A stretch of 64,000 bases of DNA, from assembly GCA_951406725.2 (NCBI GenBank), contig OX597817.1, forward strand, positions 37,510,001-37,574,000. The letters are read 5' to 3'. A program made the translations under genes and the position numbers. This document shows positions 16,816 to 30,427 of this stretch, piece after piece. This stretch comes from Octopus vulgaris. Taxonomy: Eukaryota. Every line of letters starts with the position of its first letter. The first letter of the stretch is position 1. The notes beneath the pieces are model-generated. The model had not been told where the DNA came from, made no database searches, and saw nothing but the letters and a program-made list of their open reading frames with translations.

Positions 16816-17167
16816 CTGCAACAATTAAAGTTCACGAGTCTCGGGTTGTCTTCAAAGGACATGGGCAATATTCTATCGTTTAGGTTCTACAAGTAAATAA
16901 AACAGTTTGTAAGTTCATTTTGAATCAACCTTAATACATGTCTGTTTTGTACTATAGATTTTACTGAAGCAGCTAAAATAAACGACTAAGATGATCTCGA
17001 TCTGATTGCACATCAGTATGTAGTGGCTCAAGACAGTTTGAAACAGTTTTAAAATTTTGTTGAACTTTCGATCATGACTTTTACTTCAACGTCCTAAGAG
17101 CAGCCGAGCATGACTCAAATGTTGAGACAACGTTGGTTGTTCGTCTTATTTCTTGGGAGCTTCTTTG

Positions 17168-17248
<81 letters not shown>

Positions 17249-17665
17249 CCATATACAGTTTTTAAAATAGCTCTAAATAAGCAACCGGGCACAGCTAGAG
17301 ACTAAGTCATTTCTTTCTACTTTATAAAGCTTCCATTTTTCGTTCATGCTGTTTGCGTCTGTGTTTTTACATCTCAGTTCCTCCAGACGAAACCAACTGC
17401 TGTGTTGTCGTGTTTATTGAATGTGCGAGGAAAAACACATAAATGAATTAATTACAAAAACATCAACGGTATTGGATAGGCAGTTGTTTGGTAACATTAT
17501 AGAGTGAGGTCTGGAAAATACGCGGTGTAGTTTGCAAGACAGACAACTATATTAGTACATAGTACACATGGCAGAGTTCGGAACGTGAATGTTTTGTTTA
17601 TGTTTGTCTGGGAATTGGGGTAGATAGGGTGCTGGAGGAAAGAGGATGTAAATGAGCATGCATGG

Positions 17666-17697
<32 letters not shown>

Positions 17698-18954
17698 TTA
17701 CGCGGGGTGCATAAGTGCTTGTATGTATATGTATATATGTGGATGGATGGATGGATGGATGGGTGGATGGATAGATACACGTGTCGATTTGTGTATGTAT
17801 ATGCATAAATATATAGACTTCCTGAAGTAAGTGTATACAGATAAAAAATATATACAAACATTGATAAATGCATATGTATAAGCTCAAGCGTATATGCTTA
17901 TGCTTACACACTCGCGCTCACAGACACACACGCATATATACATATATACATACATACATGTATGTATGTATGTATAAATGTATGTATGTATATAAACATT
18001 TGCACATTTCTTATTTGAACGCAACTTTATACAAGTTCATACGCATATATTTATTTAATACCGACTCAGGCATACGCGTATGCACGCACATACGTACATG
18101 CAAATATACACACACGCATACATAAAGCCTGCAACAACACATAGACACACATACACTTGTATTACACTCAGGTAAACGCCTGCATGTGTCAAAACGCCTG
18201 TTCCGTGTTAAGCTTTCAACAGAAAGTCTATAACAGTCAGAATAAACAACACAACATAAATACTGAACACAAATTCACATAAACATTGCCTCAGTACATG
18301 AAGTGATTAACAGGAAACGGTGCTGCTTCCAAAGATTCTTTTAAGGCTATTGCATGGCAATGGAGGCGAGTAGACGGGCTGGTGTAGAAATGGGAGAGTG
18401 TAGGGTAGTTTGTAAACAATGATCAACGGAGAAAAAAGAATGGGAAAGAAGAAATGAGCAAAGTTAATAATGATGTGAGGAAGAGGAATTGGATGAGAGG
18501 GTAGTATAGAGTGTACAAGGGCGTGGAGAGCGGATATCATTGTGTTAATGCTAGTTAGTAGAATAAAGAAGAAGAAAGATTACAATAAACAAATGAAGAG
18601 GATGATTGCCATTATTGCGGCCACATTGCTGGTAAGGAGGATTAGGATAATTAAGATCAGTAAGTAAGCAGCTCAGATTAACATTCACACAACTTGCCCT
18701 TAATAATCCCAATGTCAGTCCTAATTATTACAGCGTCCATTACTCGTACATTACTGACAAATATAGCTACAACACCTGGTTAGTACAGAGCACTACGTTT
18801 AGATTCTGCAGGTTACCGTGGGTATCTCTTTTCCTGCTGGTCTGGGAAGAAGCGGGGAAATTCATAGCCTTTAATAAGCCTGGCTTTTCGAGATCAATGA
18901 GAGTGACGCCCTTTATGTTTTACTTTATCTATTACAAGAAAGACACAAGCAGAA

Positions 18955-19270
18955 AGAGGGGCTTCTAGAGAAGTAGTATTCTGAGCGGTAAGAGCTTCGT
19001 ATAGAGGTTGGTAAGCGCAGGGTTTGGTGGTGTTCAAAACCACTAAGTCCTGCGTCGTGGGAGGAGAGTCCAATTAGGACAGAGAGCATGTGTTGCGGTG
19101 GTACAAGACCAGCTAGATCCAATAAAGAATCGGTATTATAGTCGTGGTAAAACGATACAAGGAGAGAAGACAGTAAGCCACTGAGTGACATAAAGTCGGT
19201 GAGTCATTGTATGCCAGTCAGTCGAGTAGCCTTTCTCTGGATGCAATGGAGTTACTTCTTTGGCATAAGA
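18955..19270 (-). mobile_element. Old CR1/L2-group LINE C-terminal remnant
   Basis: L..IQRKATRLTGI...SLLVSFY..Y...LAGLVPP.H pattern with stops. Confidence 0.55.
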
Positions 19271-19491
19271 GTTAGACCAACATTTAACTTTTTTGAAATA
19301 TGTACTTCTTATAACTGAGGCACTCATGTATGCTTCTTACCATGACGTAATGTATCATGTGGTATTGCTTCGTTTCGAATACAGCCTTGAAGTTCACATG
19401 CACACATAGGCACACTAACTCATATAATCACACATGAATGCACAGAGGGAATCATGTGTATGTGTGTATTTATATATGTATGTATGCATTT

Positions 19492-19545
<54 letters not shown>

Positions 19546-19783
19546 TCATACACCAAACACTATAGACATTAATTTTTTTCATACGTAAAATTGTAGCCGT
19601 GTGGTTAAGAAGTTTGCTCCAGTAATTCCAAGTTCCTGGCTTGATACCCGAATACATGTTTCACATTGACCAATCTCTTGTAAAAGAAATCTTGTAAACA
19701 AAAGAAATTGTACGGAAGCTCATCATATATGTAGTGGGGGCTCTGTCTGATTAAAGGTACATGAGTGGCGAAATTAGCCAACA

Positions 19784-19827
19784 CCAGCCGACGAAGCGTA
19801 CGGAAATACGCGAAAGTAAACATCTAG
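19784..19827 (+). ncRNA. Hammerhead relic
   Basis: CCAG-CCGACGA-A-GCGTA CGGAAA TACGC-GAAA-GTAAAC. Perfect 5-bp stem II, degenerate cleavage site. Confidence 0.4.
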
Positions 19828-20259
19828 TTTGAGAGATTTCGATTCGGTCATGGGGCGGTTCTTCCCCAGTCAGCGTATGTGTATAGATTTGCGCTCTTCC
19901 TACAGCACAAATGGGATTGAGGGTGAGTTATCTAAGGTGTTTTAACACCGGCGACATAAGAATTTATATACTCCGCCACGCGATTACAGCCACCGGAAAA
20001 TACACAAAGCTTATACATTAGTATATGTATTTAATAATTATATATATATTGTAAACAAATACCGGAGGCTTCATAAGTTCGGGAGAAAGAGCGACTACGA
20101 AAGTCATTTTTATACAATAATGACTATATACTAATATATCATAATAATACCATATATACTCCGATTAAAGCGACATCTATCTAAACAATTGACTGAAAAA
20201 TGATGTGCTAACTTCCAGCTAGAATCGGTACTACAAATCAATGCTACGATGGCTCCTTA

Positions 20260-20596
20260 CTCTTTTACTCTTTTACTTGTTTCAGTCATTTGACTGCGGC
20301 CATACTGGAGCACCGCCTTTAGTCGAGCAAATCGACCCCGGGACTTATTCTTTGTAAGCCCTGTATTTATTCTATCGGTCTGTTTTGCCGAACCGCTAAG
20401 TGACGGGGACGTAAACACACCAGCACATATATACATATATACGACAGGCTTCTTTCAGTTTTCGTCTACCAAATCCAAATTGGTCGGCCCGGGGCTATAG
20501 CAGAAGACACTTGCCCAAGATGCCACGCAGTGGGACTGAACCCGGAACCCTGTGGTTGGTTAGCAAGCTACTTACCACACAGCCACTCCTGCGCCT
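20260..20596 (-). mobile_element. tRNA-derived SINE, family A (near full length)
   Basis: A box TGGCTGTGTGG, B box GGTTCAGTCCC, CCAGTATGGCCGC tail and (GTAAAAGA)n terminal repeat. Confidence 0.9.
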
Positions 20597-20948
20597 ATGA
20601 TATACTAATATATCATAATAATAGCATATATACTCCGATTAAAGTGACATTTGCCCCTCTCAATGTCACCGATGTTTATGCAAAGGAAGGGCCTCCAACT
20701 TGGCACAACTGTCGTCAGAGGCGTTCCTTTTTGGAACGCAAACAGGCGGAATCGATACAGCAAGGCAGCTTCCCTGAACTTCTAACATTCCACTAACCCA
20801 CGGCCCTGGATATGTTTCAAGCGTATGAACGGACTGCGATGGAATGGTTTCACACAAACCCACACGGTTGCACACACAAGCGCGCGCACACACACACACA
20901 CACACACAAATATACGAATACACGCACACACACACATATGCACTTGTA

Positions 20949-20994
<46 letters not shown>

Positions 20995-21110
20995 CGCGTG
21001 TGTTCTTGTATGATATATATCGCAGTAAAATATTTATATATATATATATCAATACATATATATATAATATATGCACATATATCTATAAAACACATTTACA
21101 AATACAAAGT

Positions 21111-21163
<53 letters not shown>

Positions 21164-21996
21164 ACATAACATGATACATCATCATTTAGTCCAGCATATC
21201 CCGTCTACATTGCCGAAAACAGTATTCACAACTATATGTAAATATAAATAGCTGCATGTGTGTTAGGGAGCGTAACATATAAAGTTTGTTATGCAGAGCG
21301 TGATATATTCGCAAATGAACAACCACGACATATTAGAATAAATATATGGATTTGACCTATACGGGAAAGTGGGAGAGAGAGAGAGACAGAGATAGAGATG
21401 AGTCTATGTAGATATGTATGTTTTTATAAAAGACCTTCTATAAACCAATATTAAGTAGCCGACAAGAAACCAAAGCCCTTAACGATGTCAAATATTGCTA
21501 ATAAAATCCCTGCTTCCATTACACGATATTCATTGCTCATTCCCAAAGTTCAAAGAGTCTAGTGAAAACTGACCAATATCAAAATCTATAAAATATTTAT
21601 AACCCAATAGAATTCTTCTAGATACTAACGATTGAATTTATAAACCTGGCATAATATATTGGTAATTCCGTGTATAAGTAAAAAAAAAAAAAAAAGATCA
21701 TAAATAGATAGTAATTGGGAAGAAACTTTTCGCAAAGAAATTACTATAGAAAATGTAACATCTTACCGAAAATATAACAAATAGTCCTTTGGAATACGTA
21801 TGGAATATGTATATTATGCAGGCACATAAGTAGTGAGTAGATAGAACTGCTTAAATGCGTTTGTAGACACACACATGAGAAAGAAAAAATGAGCGACAGA
21901 TGAAGTACACTGTTCCGTTGCCGAAATTATATTTCATTGACAAGAAATATTGTTATAATTTCGTCTGGAAGATGAAGGTATAACGTTCCTAATATA

Positions 21997-22480
21997 AAGG
22001 TGACGAGCTGGCAGAAACGTTAACACGCCGGGCGAAATGCTTTGCGGTATTTCGTCTGCCGCTACGTTCTGAGTTCAAATTCATTAGAGGTCGACTTTGC
22101 CTTTCATCCTTTCGGGGTTGATAAAATAAGTACCAGTTACGCAGTAGGGTCGATATAATCGTCTTAATCCGTTTGTCTGTCCTTGTTTGTCCCCTCTATG
22201 TTTAGCCCATTGTGGGCAGTAAAGAGATAGGTATTTCGTCTGCCGCTACGTTCTGAGTTCAAATGCCGCCGAGGTCGACTTTTCCTTTCATCCTTTCGGG
22301 GTCGATAGTTTAAGTACAGTTACGCACTGGGGTCGATGTAATCGACTTAATACTTTTGTCTGTCCTTTGTCCCCTCTATGTTTAGCCCCTTGTGTGTAAT
22401 AAAGAAATATGTATTTCATCTGTCTTTACGTTCTGAGTTCAAGTTCTACCGAGGTCAACTTTGCTTTCATCCTTTCGGGG
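21997..22480 (+). mobile_element. Tandem array of SINE family B (one full copy, two 5'-truncated)
   Basis: Units restart at gtatttcgtctg at about 22231 and 22411. Confidence 0.85.
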
Positions 22481-22565
22481 TAGAAAGGAATATTACTTTA
22501 GTAGAAAGGAATATTACTCGTCATGGCGGCGAGCACAGACACAAAGGCACACACATAAACACATA

Positions 22566-22978
22566 CTGGCTGTGTGGTAAGTAGCTTGCTTACTAACTAC
22601 ATGGTTCTGGGCTCAACCCCACTACGTGGCACCTAGGGCAAGTGTCTTCTGCTATAGCCTTGGGACAACCGAAGCCTTGTGAGTGGATTTAGTGGACGGA
22701 AACTGAAAGAAGTCCGTCATATATATATGTATATGTATGTATGTGTGTGTGTGTATGTATGTATGTGTTTGTGTCTCAGTGTTTTCCCCCACCATAGCTT
22801 AACATAGCTTTGTAAGCCTAGTACTAATTCTATCGGTCATTTTTGCTGAACCGTTAAGTTACGGTTACGGGGACATAAACGCACTAGCATCGGTTGTCAA
22901 GCGATGATGAGGGAGAACAAACACACACACACACACAACGGGTTTCTTTCAGTTTCCGTCTATCAAATCCACTCCCAA
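22566..22978. mobile_element. Two SINE family A pieces in opposite orientation
   Basis: Plus-strand head 22566-22800, then a minus-strand fragment 22808-22978. Confidence 0.8.
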
Positions 22979-23576
22979 ACACACAGATAAGTATGTGTGC
23001 ATGGGCGAGCGCGTGCAGTGAAAGAAGGCGGTCGTCGACGAGGTTTGCCGGTGTAGTTTGTCTAAAAGGGAATTATAGCTGCAACCAGATACATTAGCGA
23101 CACTTTTAAGTATTTTGTTTATGACTCTGTGTTTGTGTGTTGTGGGGGAGGTGTTCGTATGACATTTTGAAATACACGCTTAAATACTTTTTCTTGCTTT
23201 GAGAGTTTGTTTCGTTTTTGTTTTCGTTGTTAGAGTTACCGTTGTGTTGTTATGTTGCTACCATCCTTATTCTGTTATTCTTGGTGGTAATGGTAGTGGT
23301 GAAGGTGGTGGTGGTGGTTGGTGATGATGATGATGATGATGATGATGATAATAATAGTAGACGTAATGGTGGCGTTGTCGGTGTTGGTTTTGTTGTGCTT
23401 TTGTGGTTTTAGAGTTTTGAAGCTATTTTTGTTAGATGGAAACCTGATTTTTAGGTCCTGTCTAACCAAATTGCACTTGGAAACTTTTAAGCGACTGCAC
23501 ACAGCCATACACTTGGACACACACGCACACACAAATATATATACATATATACAGACACATACATACATATACATAC

Positions 23577-23635
<59 letters not shown>

Positions 23636-24308
23636 AATGTAGATATATGTGTGTAGTTACTGGCATATGTGTGTGTCTGTCTGTGTGTGTATTTGTGATT
23701 AAAAAATAACTTTTACTCAACGTGTTTAAAGCTGCCTGATGTTTGGTTGGCCTTCGCTTTTTATGTTTTTTTTTTATTTTATTTATTTATTTATTTATTT
23801 ATTTATTGTCATCAAACATTAGGCGTCATATAATAAGTATAAGAAGAAAAAAATACATCATAAATCAATGGAGAAAAAAAAATCAATCTGCTCTGGTCAG
23901 ATAATCAGTTAAGTAAGGAAACACGCAAAGTGAAAGTAGGGGTGGTATTGGGAGTAGAAAATGTGGCAGCAGGGTGAGAAGAGAAAAAAAAACTAACGTT
24001 GAGATGTAGTTTTGCAATCTGTAAAAGCTTTTACGGTACAAATTTTTATATTATATAGATTATTATCATTTTTTTGTTTGTGTTTGTTATTTTTTTTCAT
24101 TCTCGTTCCTCTTATGGTTCTTTTTCTCCTCCTCCTCAGACTGATTTTTTTATTCGTGTCAATTTTTTTTATTTGTATACACATATACATATATACTTTC
24201 AGTCGATATGTGGGAAAAAGACAGTTTACTTGGTGTTAAGGTATCATTTTGTTTTCATTTCTTCTTGCTCTTCAAACCCTTCGTATATTTTCTTTCGTTT
24301 CACTTTAC

Positions 24309-24341
<33 letters not shown>

Positions 24342-25347
24342 AATATATATATATATTCGTATGTGTTTGTGAATATATCTTCACGTGTACCTACCAGTAT
24401 ATGTGTGCTTATGTATGTATTTATGTATGTATGTATGTATGTAATGTATGTATGTAATGTATGTATGTATATAATGTATGTATGTATGTTTGGTTGTTTG
24501 TATGTATGTACTCATATAATACAATAAATGAAGCTGAACTCTGAATAATGATGAGTGTGGAAGGAAACTCACATGATATTAATAGAGTACATCTCAACTT
24601 TTCTTTGAAATATAACTCAATGCAAGTACTCAACCAATAATTGTAGGTATTACTAAATTTCTCGGTACTGCGATAAAAGTCTAAATGTATGTATACAAGT
24701 ATGTATGTTTACATCTATGATTATATTTTGATTGACTCCGTCTCTTAACACTCTGGGGTTTCACCTGAGCGCTGATTGTTATCAGACAGGTTCTGATGTC
24801 ACATGACCTTGAGCACGAACAACAAAAGACTGTCTCGACCAATATATATATATATAAATATATGTGTGTGTGTGTGCGAGCGTGTGTGTGCGAGCGTGTG
24901 TGTGCATGGATATCTGTATACCATGAGTATCTGTGCATATATGTACATAGATGTATAGATATATTTGTGTATAACAGCCAACAACTGATGAAGGGTCGTT
25001 CTTTGTTTTGTTTTCCATTTGTGTCTTTCGTTGTTCGAAAGAATAGTTCATGTTTCAGGGTACTCGTGCTTCGTACTTCTTTGTTGTACACATTTCATGA
25101 CGTCATGTGCCCATATATGCATGCATGCATATATATATTACAGAGATGTACTTGCATAGCAAGTGACCTGATTTGAGATCGTATGCTGAAACAAAAACAA
25201 TTGCAGCGTGGAAGGTGTTTATAAGCCATTTAGAAACACACAAAAACTGCTAGATTCACTTCAACATTTAAATTTAATTTGCCAAAATATTTACGTCGCT
25301 TTAAGACTGCGACCTGATCACTGACAAAATTCCGTGGTGCATGTATG

Positions 25348-25421
<74 letters not shown>

Positions 25422-25489
25422 TGAGTCGTCTAAGAGACCATAAGTCAGGAAAAAGATACGCTCGTATATCTGTTTGTAGAGTCGGTATA

Positions 25490-26585
25490 TTATCCGAAAA
25501 GTATAGTATTAAATATCCATCACGGTTTCGCCTACAGAATACAATGGAGTGTTAAGTAACAATCCCATTATATAACTTTACGCTCTTCAGAGTTAGCTGA
25601 TACAGAAGGGAAATATTGCGAGTGTTCTCTATTGTCGACAGTGGATTAATACAACCGGTCAGCGGTGAAACGAAAAAGAGGCCAGGAGATTAGGTAAGGA
25701 GTTATGTCCCTCATTTGAGTATGCTGTTAAGCCGGCAAGAGTTGTCTTGAAGTGGGGAAGATGTGTATTATTAATGTGATGCTCCTGTGGGAATGGGGTG
25801 TGTGATATGTGTAGTGGTGTCATTTGTATAATTGTATCTGTGGGTGTAGGTATATATAGGTATGTTCGTTCAAAGGAAGTAATTCCTGTCGTACCTGCAC
25901 ACCCCACCGTGACGGAAACCACAGGTCCCATGCCTTCCATTATGCCCTCGGGCCCGGCAAAAAGAGTTTGACCAAAGTACACACCAATGCATCCATGTAC
26001 ACATACGCACACCCCTATAAGGCAGATAACCTACAAAATAGACAAAATAGTCTCCCACTACCTTTGCACACAAATTGTACCCACAACATGCACAGACTCC
26101 TACACACACACATTACACACCGCACGCTAACAACCCCTTTGACTTTATCCGTAACAGAAACAAAACAGACCAACGAATACACCTATATATACATACACTA
26201 CTAGATAAAATTATGCATATGACACCACTTCTCATATCACACACCCCATTCGCACAGGAGCACCATATTAATAGTATACGTCTTCCCTACTTCAAGATAA
26301 CTCTTGCCAGCTTAACAGCATACCCAACCAAGGGACATAACTCCTAACCTAATCCCCTGACCTCCTTTTCGTTTCACCACCTTTTTAACAGCAACCGCTG
26401 ACCAGTTGTACTAATCCACCTCCGAAAATAGAAATCAGTCGCCATATTCTCTTCCATATCGGCTAACTCTGATGAGCGTAAAGTTATATCATCAGATTGT
26501 TATCTAACACTTCATTGTAATCTTTAGGCGAAACCGATTGGTACGATCAGCCGTGATAGATATTTAATACAATACTTTACGGATA
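25490..26585. repeat. Diverged large inverted repeat (Penelope pLTR-like)
   Basis: About 25490-25870 aligns in reverse complement to about 26172-26585 with many substitutions. Both arms carry the extended hammerhead motif. Confidence 0.85.
26460..26553 (+). ncRNA. Hammerhead-like motif with extended stem II
   Basis: CTGATGA (26469-75), GCGTAAAGTTATA...TGTAATCTTTAGGC pairing, GAAA (26530-33), CC GATT GG TA. Stem I is imperfect (CGGCT/AGCCG). A second copy lies on the minus strand at about 25520-25600. Confidence 0.5.
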
Positions 26586-26606
26586 CTTTGTGTGTGTGTG
26601 TGTGTG

Positions 26607-26650
<44 letters not shown>

Positions 26651-26859
26651 GAGGCTCGTGTTGCAATCGTGATGTAATGAGTTCAGTTCCACTACACGGT
26701 GTCTTGGGTCATTATTTTCTACCATGGCCTCGAACCAATCCATGTCCGCTGTTTCCAGTCATTGATATTATCTGTCGGTTGCTACTGTTTGGTCGTTACC
26801 TTTTTTTCGGTGACATACTCGTTTTTAAATCCTGTAACATTTTATAATATCGTTTATTT

Positions 26860-27049
26860 TTCTTTTACGTGTTCACTCATTGGATTGTGACCATGATGGA
26901 GCATCCCTTTGAAGGATTTAGTCGAACAAATCGATCCCAATATTTATTTTGAAAGCCTGCTACTTGTTGTATCGTGCCACTTGGATACAAAAGAAAACAA
27001 ACCAGCACCGATTGTCAAGAGGTGCTAGAGGACAAACATAATCACAAAG

Positions 27050-27080
<31 letters not shown>

Positions 27081-27285
27081 TACACGCACATATATATATA
27101 TATAGACATATACTACAGGCTTCCACACAGCTTCCGTCTACCAAATTCACATAAACTGTATTGGTCAGCCAAGTGTAATAGTAGAGGATACGCGCTCAAG
27201 TTGCCGCCCGCAGTGGTGCTGAACCCGAAATGATGTGTTTTGGAAGTGAAAGTGAGCATTTTAACAACACACGCATGCCAGCAAC
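26860..27285 (-). mobile_element. SINE family A, diverged
   Basis: Tail, central ccgtctaccaaattcac motif and tRNA head are recognisable. Confidence 0.75.
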
Positions 27286-28152
27286 TATACTGCAGATAGT
27301 TTTTATTGACAGAACTAGATTTGCATTCGTTTTTATAAAGCTTCTTGTAGTTTCGGGTGACACATATTTTTTAGTAATTGCTGGATTTTCGTTTTGATTG
27401 ATCTAAATTCAGACAATTTGACTATTGAAATTATATTTACTCTACATCTTTTGAAATAATTATTTTAATCCTGAATTTATACTACTCCCACAATATTTTT
27501 GCTTCAAAATGATTGTGAGATTCAATTTATAATTAAAAATTAAAAACCCCATTTTGTAAATTAATTATTTTTGTTTCCATGGACTAATTGCCAAAAATTT
27601 ATTTGATGCCTTCAAGTCTTTTAAAGATGTAATGATGTCAAATCATTTGAATGTATGAATAAATAAAATATTCTGAAAGTAATATCAGTTCATTTAAAAT
27701 CTAAATCAAAATTATTATGTTTTTTTAATTCTGGAGACCTTACATTTCCAAGGCATGAATCTTGCAGTTTTTCTGAAATGGAACAATGATCGATTTCGAA
27801 AGATACTAAGCTACTATGACTATTAACCGTTTATGTAAATTCAATATTCCTTGTTTAGAATCAATAATATAAATTTATATATTATATTTATTCATGAGAT
27901 TGTCTTCCCCATTTACTCGATTTAATTTCATGTTTCTTATCATCTAAGTTGACCTATACAATTCTAAAGCTTTATATTACTAAATTCGTATATAAAGCGT
28001 GACATTTTACATACGACGGAGAAACATTTTCATACAGTCTTTCTACATGTATCGACAGTATGTTCGCTTCATGGAGAAACAACTTCTTCTGCCTTTCAGT
28101 GAAACATATAATACTGCTTACATCATGTTACTAGAGAAAAGCTTCTGCATAA

Positions 28153-28775
28153 GCGCAGCATGGCTGTGCGGTTAAGAAGCTCGCTTTGAAACCTCGTGGT
28201 TTCAGATACAGTCCCACAGCGCGACACCTTGGACAGATGCCTTCAACTATTTAAGGCGGCGAGCCGGCAGAAACGTTAGCACGCCGGGCGAAATGCGTAG
28301 CCGTATTTCGTCTGCCATTACGTTCTGAATTCAAATTCCGCCGAGGTCGACTTTGCCTTTCATCCTTTCGGGGTCGATTAAATAAGTACCAGTTACGCAC
28401 TGGGGTCGATGTAATCGACTTAATCCGTTTGTCTGTCCTTGTTTGTCCCCTCTGTGTTTAGCCCCTTGTGGGCAGTAAAGAAATAAGATACCTTCAACTA
28501 TCTCCTCGGGCCGACTCATGCCTTGTGAGTGAATTTGGTAGGTGGGAATTAAATAGAATTCCGTTTTGTGTGTGTGTGTGTTCTCACCATCACCTAACAA
28601 CCGGTGTCGGCTTGTTTACAACCTCTATAACTTTGCAGTTCAGCAAAAGAGAACGATAGAATATTACCAGACTTTTAAAAAATAAGTACTGGGATGATGT
28701 TTTTTTGTCTAGCTCCTTCGAGGCAACGCCTCAGCACGGCCGCAACCCAATGACTGAGATAAGTATAAGAAGGTC
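28153..28775 (+). mobile_element. Old SINE family A interrupted by a family B SINE
   Basis: Head 28153-28250 resumes at 28502. Confidence 0.8.
28253..28485 (+). mobile_element. SINE family B (Meta-domain-like), young copy with 16-bp TSD
   Basis: GGCGGCGAGC head and GCCTTTCATCCTTTCGGGGTCGAT-AAATAAGTACCAG central domain. TSD AGAT(G/A)CCTTCAACTAT at 28235-28250 and 28486-28501. Confidence 0.9.
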
Positions 28776-29309
28776 AAAGACATATTGATAGTATGTTTGC
28801 TTCTTGGAAAAGTCATTTTGTCTATCTTTCAGCAAGAAATACAATACTATTTATACTGATTTATGTCACCAGAGAAAAGGTCTGAGGAGAGGAATTGCTT
28901 TAAGTTAGTCTCCAATCCAAGAAGAGAGGGAAGAAAGACAACTTAAACAAGGAACCCTGTGAAATCAAAATAAGAGAGACAGATTAGGTAGTTGATTCTG
29001 GCTGCACTGGGGAAGATTAGAGAGATAAACCACATTACCTATGCTTTTTAACTTTAAAGCGACTAGAATAAGGAAATGCTCCTACAAACTTTACGATGGA
29101 GGAAAAGTAATTTCTTCACGATAGTAATACTTTGCTCCTAAAAATATATCACGCGTTTCGATATTTTCTCTTCATTAATGAAATGCCCGGGAACAAAAAT
29201 TCAGTAAGAAAAGAGAAATAACATATAAACATTGAATGTTTTAGTTAAAGTGTTTTCTATTTCGTAACCGGTATTTGTTGAATGTTTTTTATATTGATTT
29301 CTAACAGTG

Positions 29310-29515
29310 ATTAAAGGTCACAAATTTGTGGCGGGTGAGGGATAAGTCGATTAAAGTATCCCCAGTACCTGAATAGTACAATATTTCATCAATCCCGCAA
29401 GGTCAAAATGTAAAGATAATCTCTGAGGGATTGATCTTAGAACGTAAACGACAACAAGTATATACTGCAGAGTATTTTATCCGACTCTGCTAATCTACTC
29501 TGGTATTCCGCCACT
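29310..29515 (-). mobile_element. SINE family B, highly diverged
   Basis: Residual taagtcgatt, cccagtac and agaacgtaaa motifs in the expected order. Confidence 0.5.
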
Positions 29516-30328
29516 TTTTAACATTCCATTTTGTAATATTGATGAGATATAAAATGAAGGAATAGTCCATTTTAGTATTTCTGGGAAGCTGTGTCCTAAA
29601 GATGATTATGAAGAGGAAAATGAGATTTGCCTTACCTTCCTGGCTTTCAGGCTACATTGGAAGGAGAGAAACAATTTCTTTACTCTTCTGGGATTTTTGA
29701 GAAACCGAACGCATATTTGCCACACAATTCTCCCAATTCCTAATTTTCCAAACTAATAACTTCATCATTTCTATTTAGTTGATAATATGCAAAAAGATTA
29801 GAGTCATTGTACAACCATGTATTCCATTTTGAAGTGTGCATTCTACACACATCACAATAATTCAGCACTGATTCCATAAAGAGAGACAACGGGAAAATCC
29901 TCCAATAAGCTTCTGCAAATATTTTCCCTTTCGACAGTAAAAATGTGTAATCACTGCACATATCAAGAAAGCATAATCGCACCTTATTCCCAGTAAACAT
30001 GAACAGCACGCATCAAGAACCCTCATAGTCATATGGTCATATTTATTTGCATGGAAGAAAGTAATTCTATGAATTTCATTTATTCTGTCAAATCTTTTGA
30101 AGTGACAATTGTTTCTTAGCTTGAGCAATAAAAGTTTGAGTGATACTAAATAACTCTTCAATAAACCACCCAAAAGTTTTAAATGTTTGCTGAAAATGCA
30201 GTTTGATTGAACGAAGTCGATTAAGTAAAGTTAATCAGCTCAGCTTGACTGACAACCTGAATCTAAGGGAGATAATTTTCTTTAACATGAACCATGCTAA
30301 TCATGGATTTCTTTCTTTTTCCTTTCAG

Positions 30329-30427
30329 ATCAAAAACTACTTCAGACACCACTTATATTCGTCTCTCAATGATTCGTATGGAGAAAATGACAGAGAAACT
30401 CGTGCATGGAATTGTATGCAGAGTGCG
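30329..30427 (+). CDS. Internal coding exon of a tetraspanin (N-terminal half of large extracellular loop EC2)
   Basis: Acceptor ctttctttttcctttcag, donor GCG|gtatgt, 99 nt, phase 0-0. Encodes IKNYFRHHLYSSLNDSYGENDRETRAWNCMQSA, which matches the EC2 pattern Y-G...T.AW(D/N).MQ just before the CCG motif. Both boundaries match typical tetraspanin intron positions (after TM3; before x-x-CCG). Confidence 0.75.

Noticed and set aside
29740-30009. 89-aa minus-strand ORF
   Set aside because: No recognisable domain, and it ends before the nearby splice donor.
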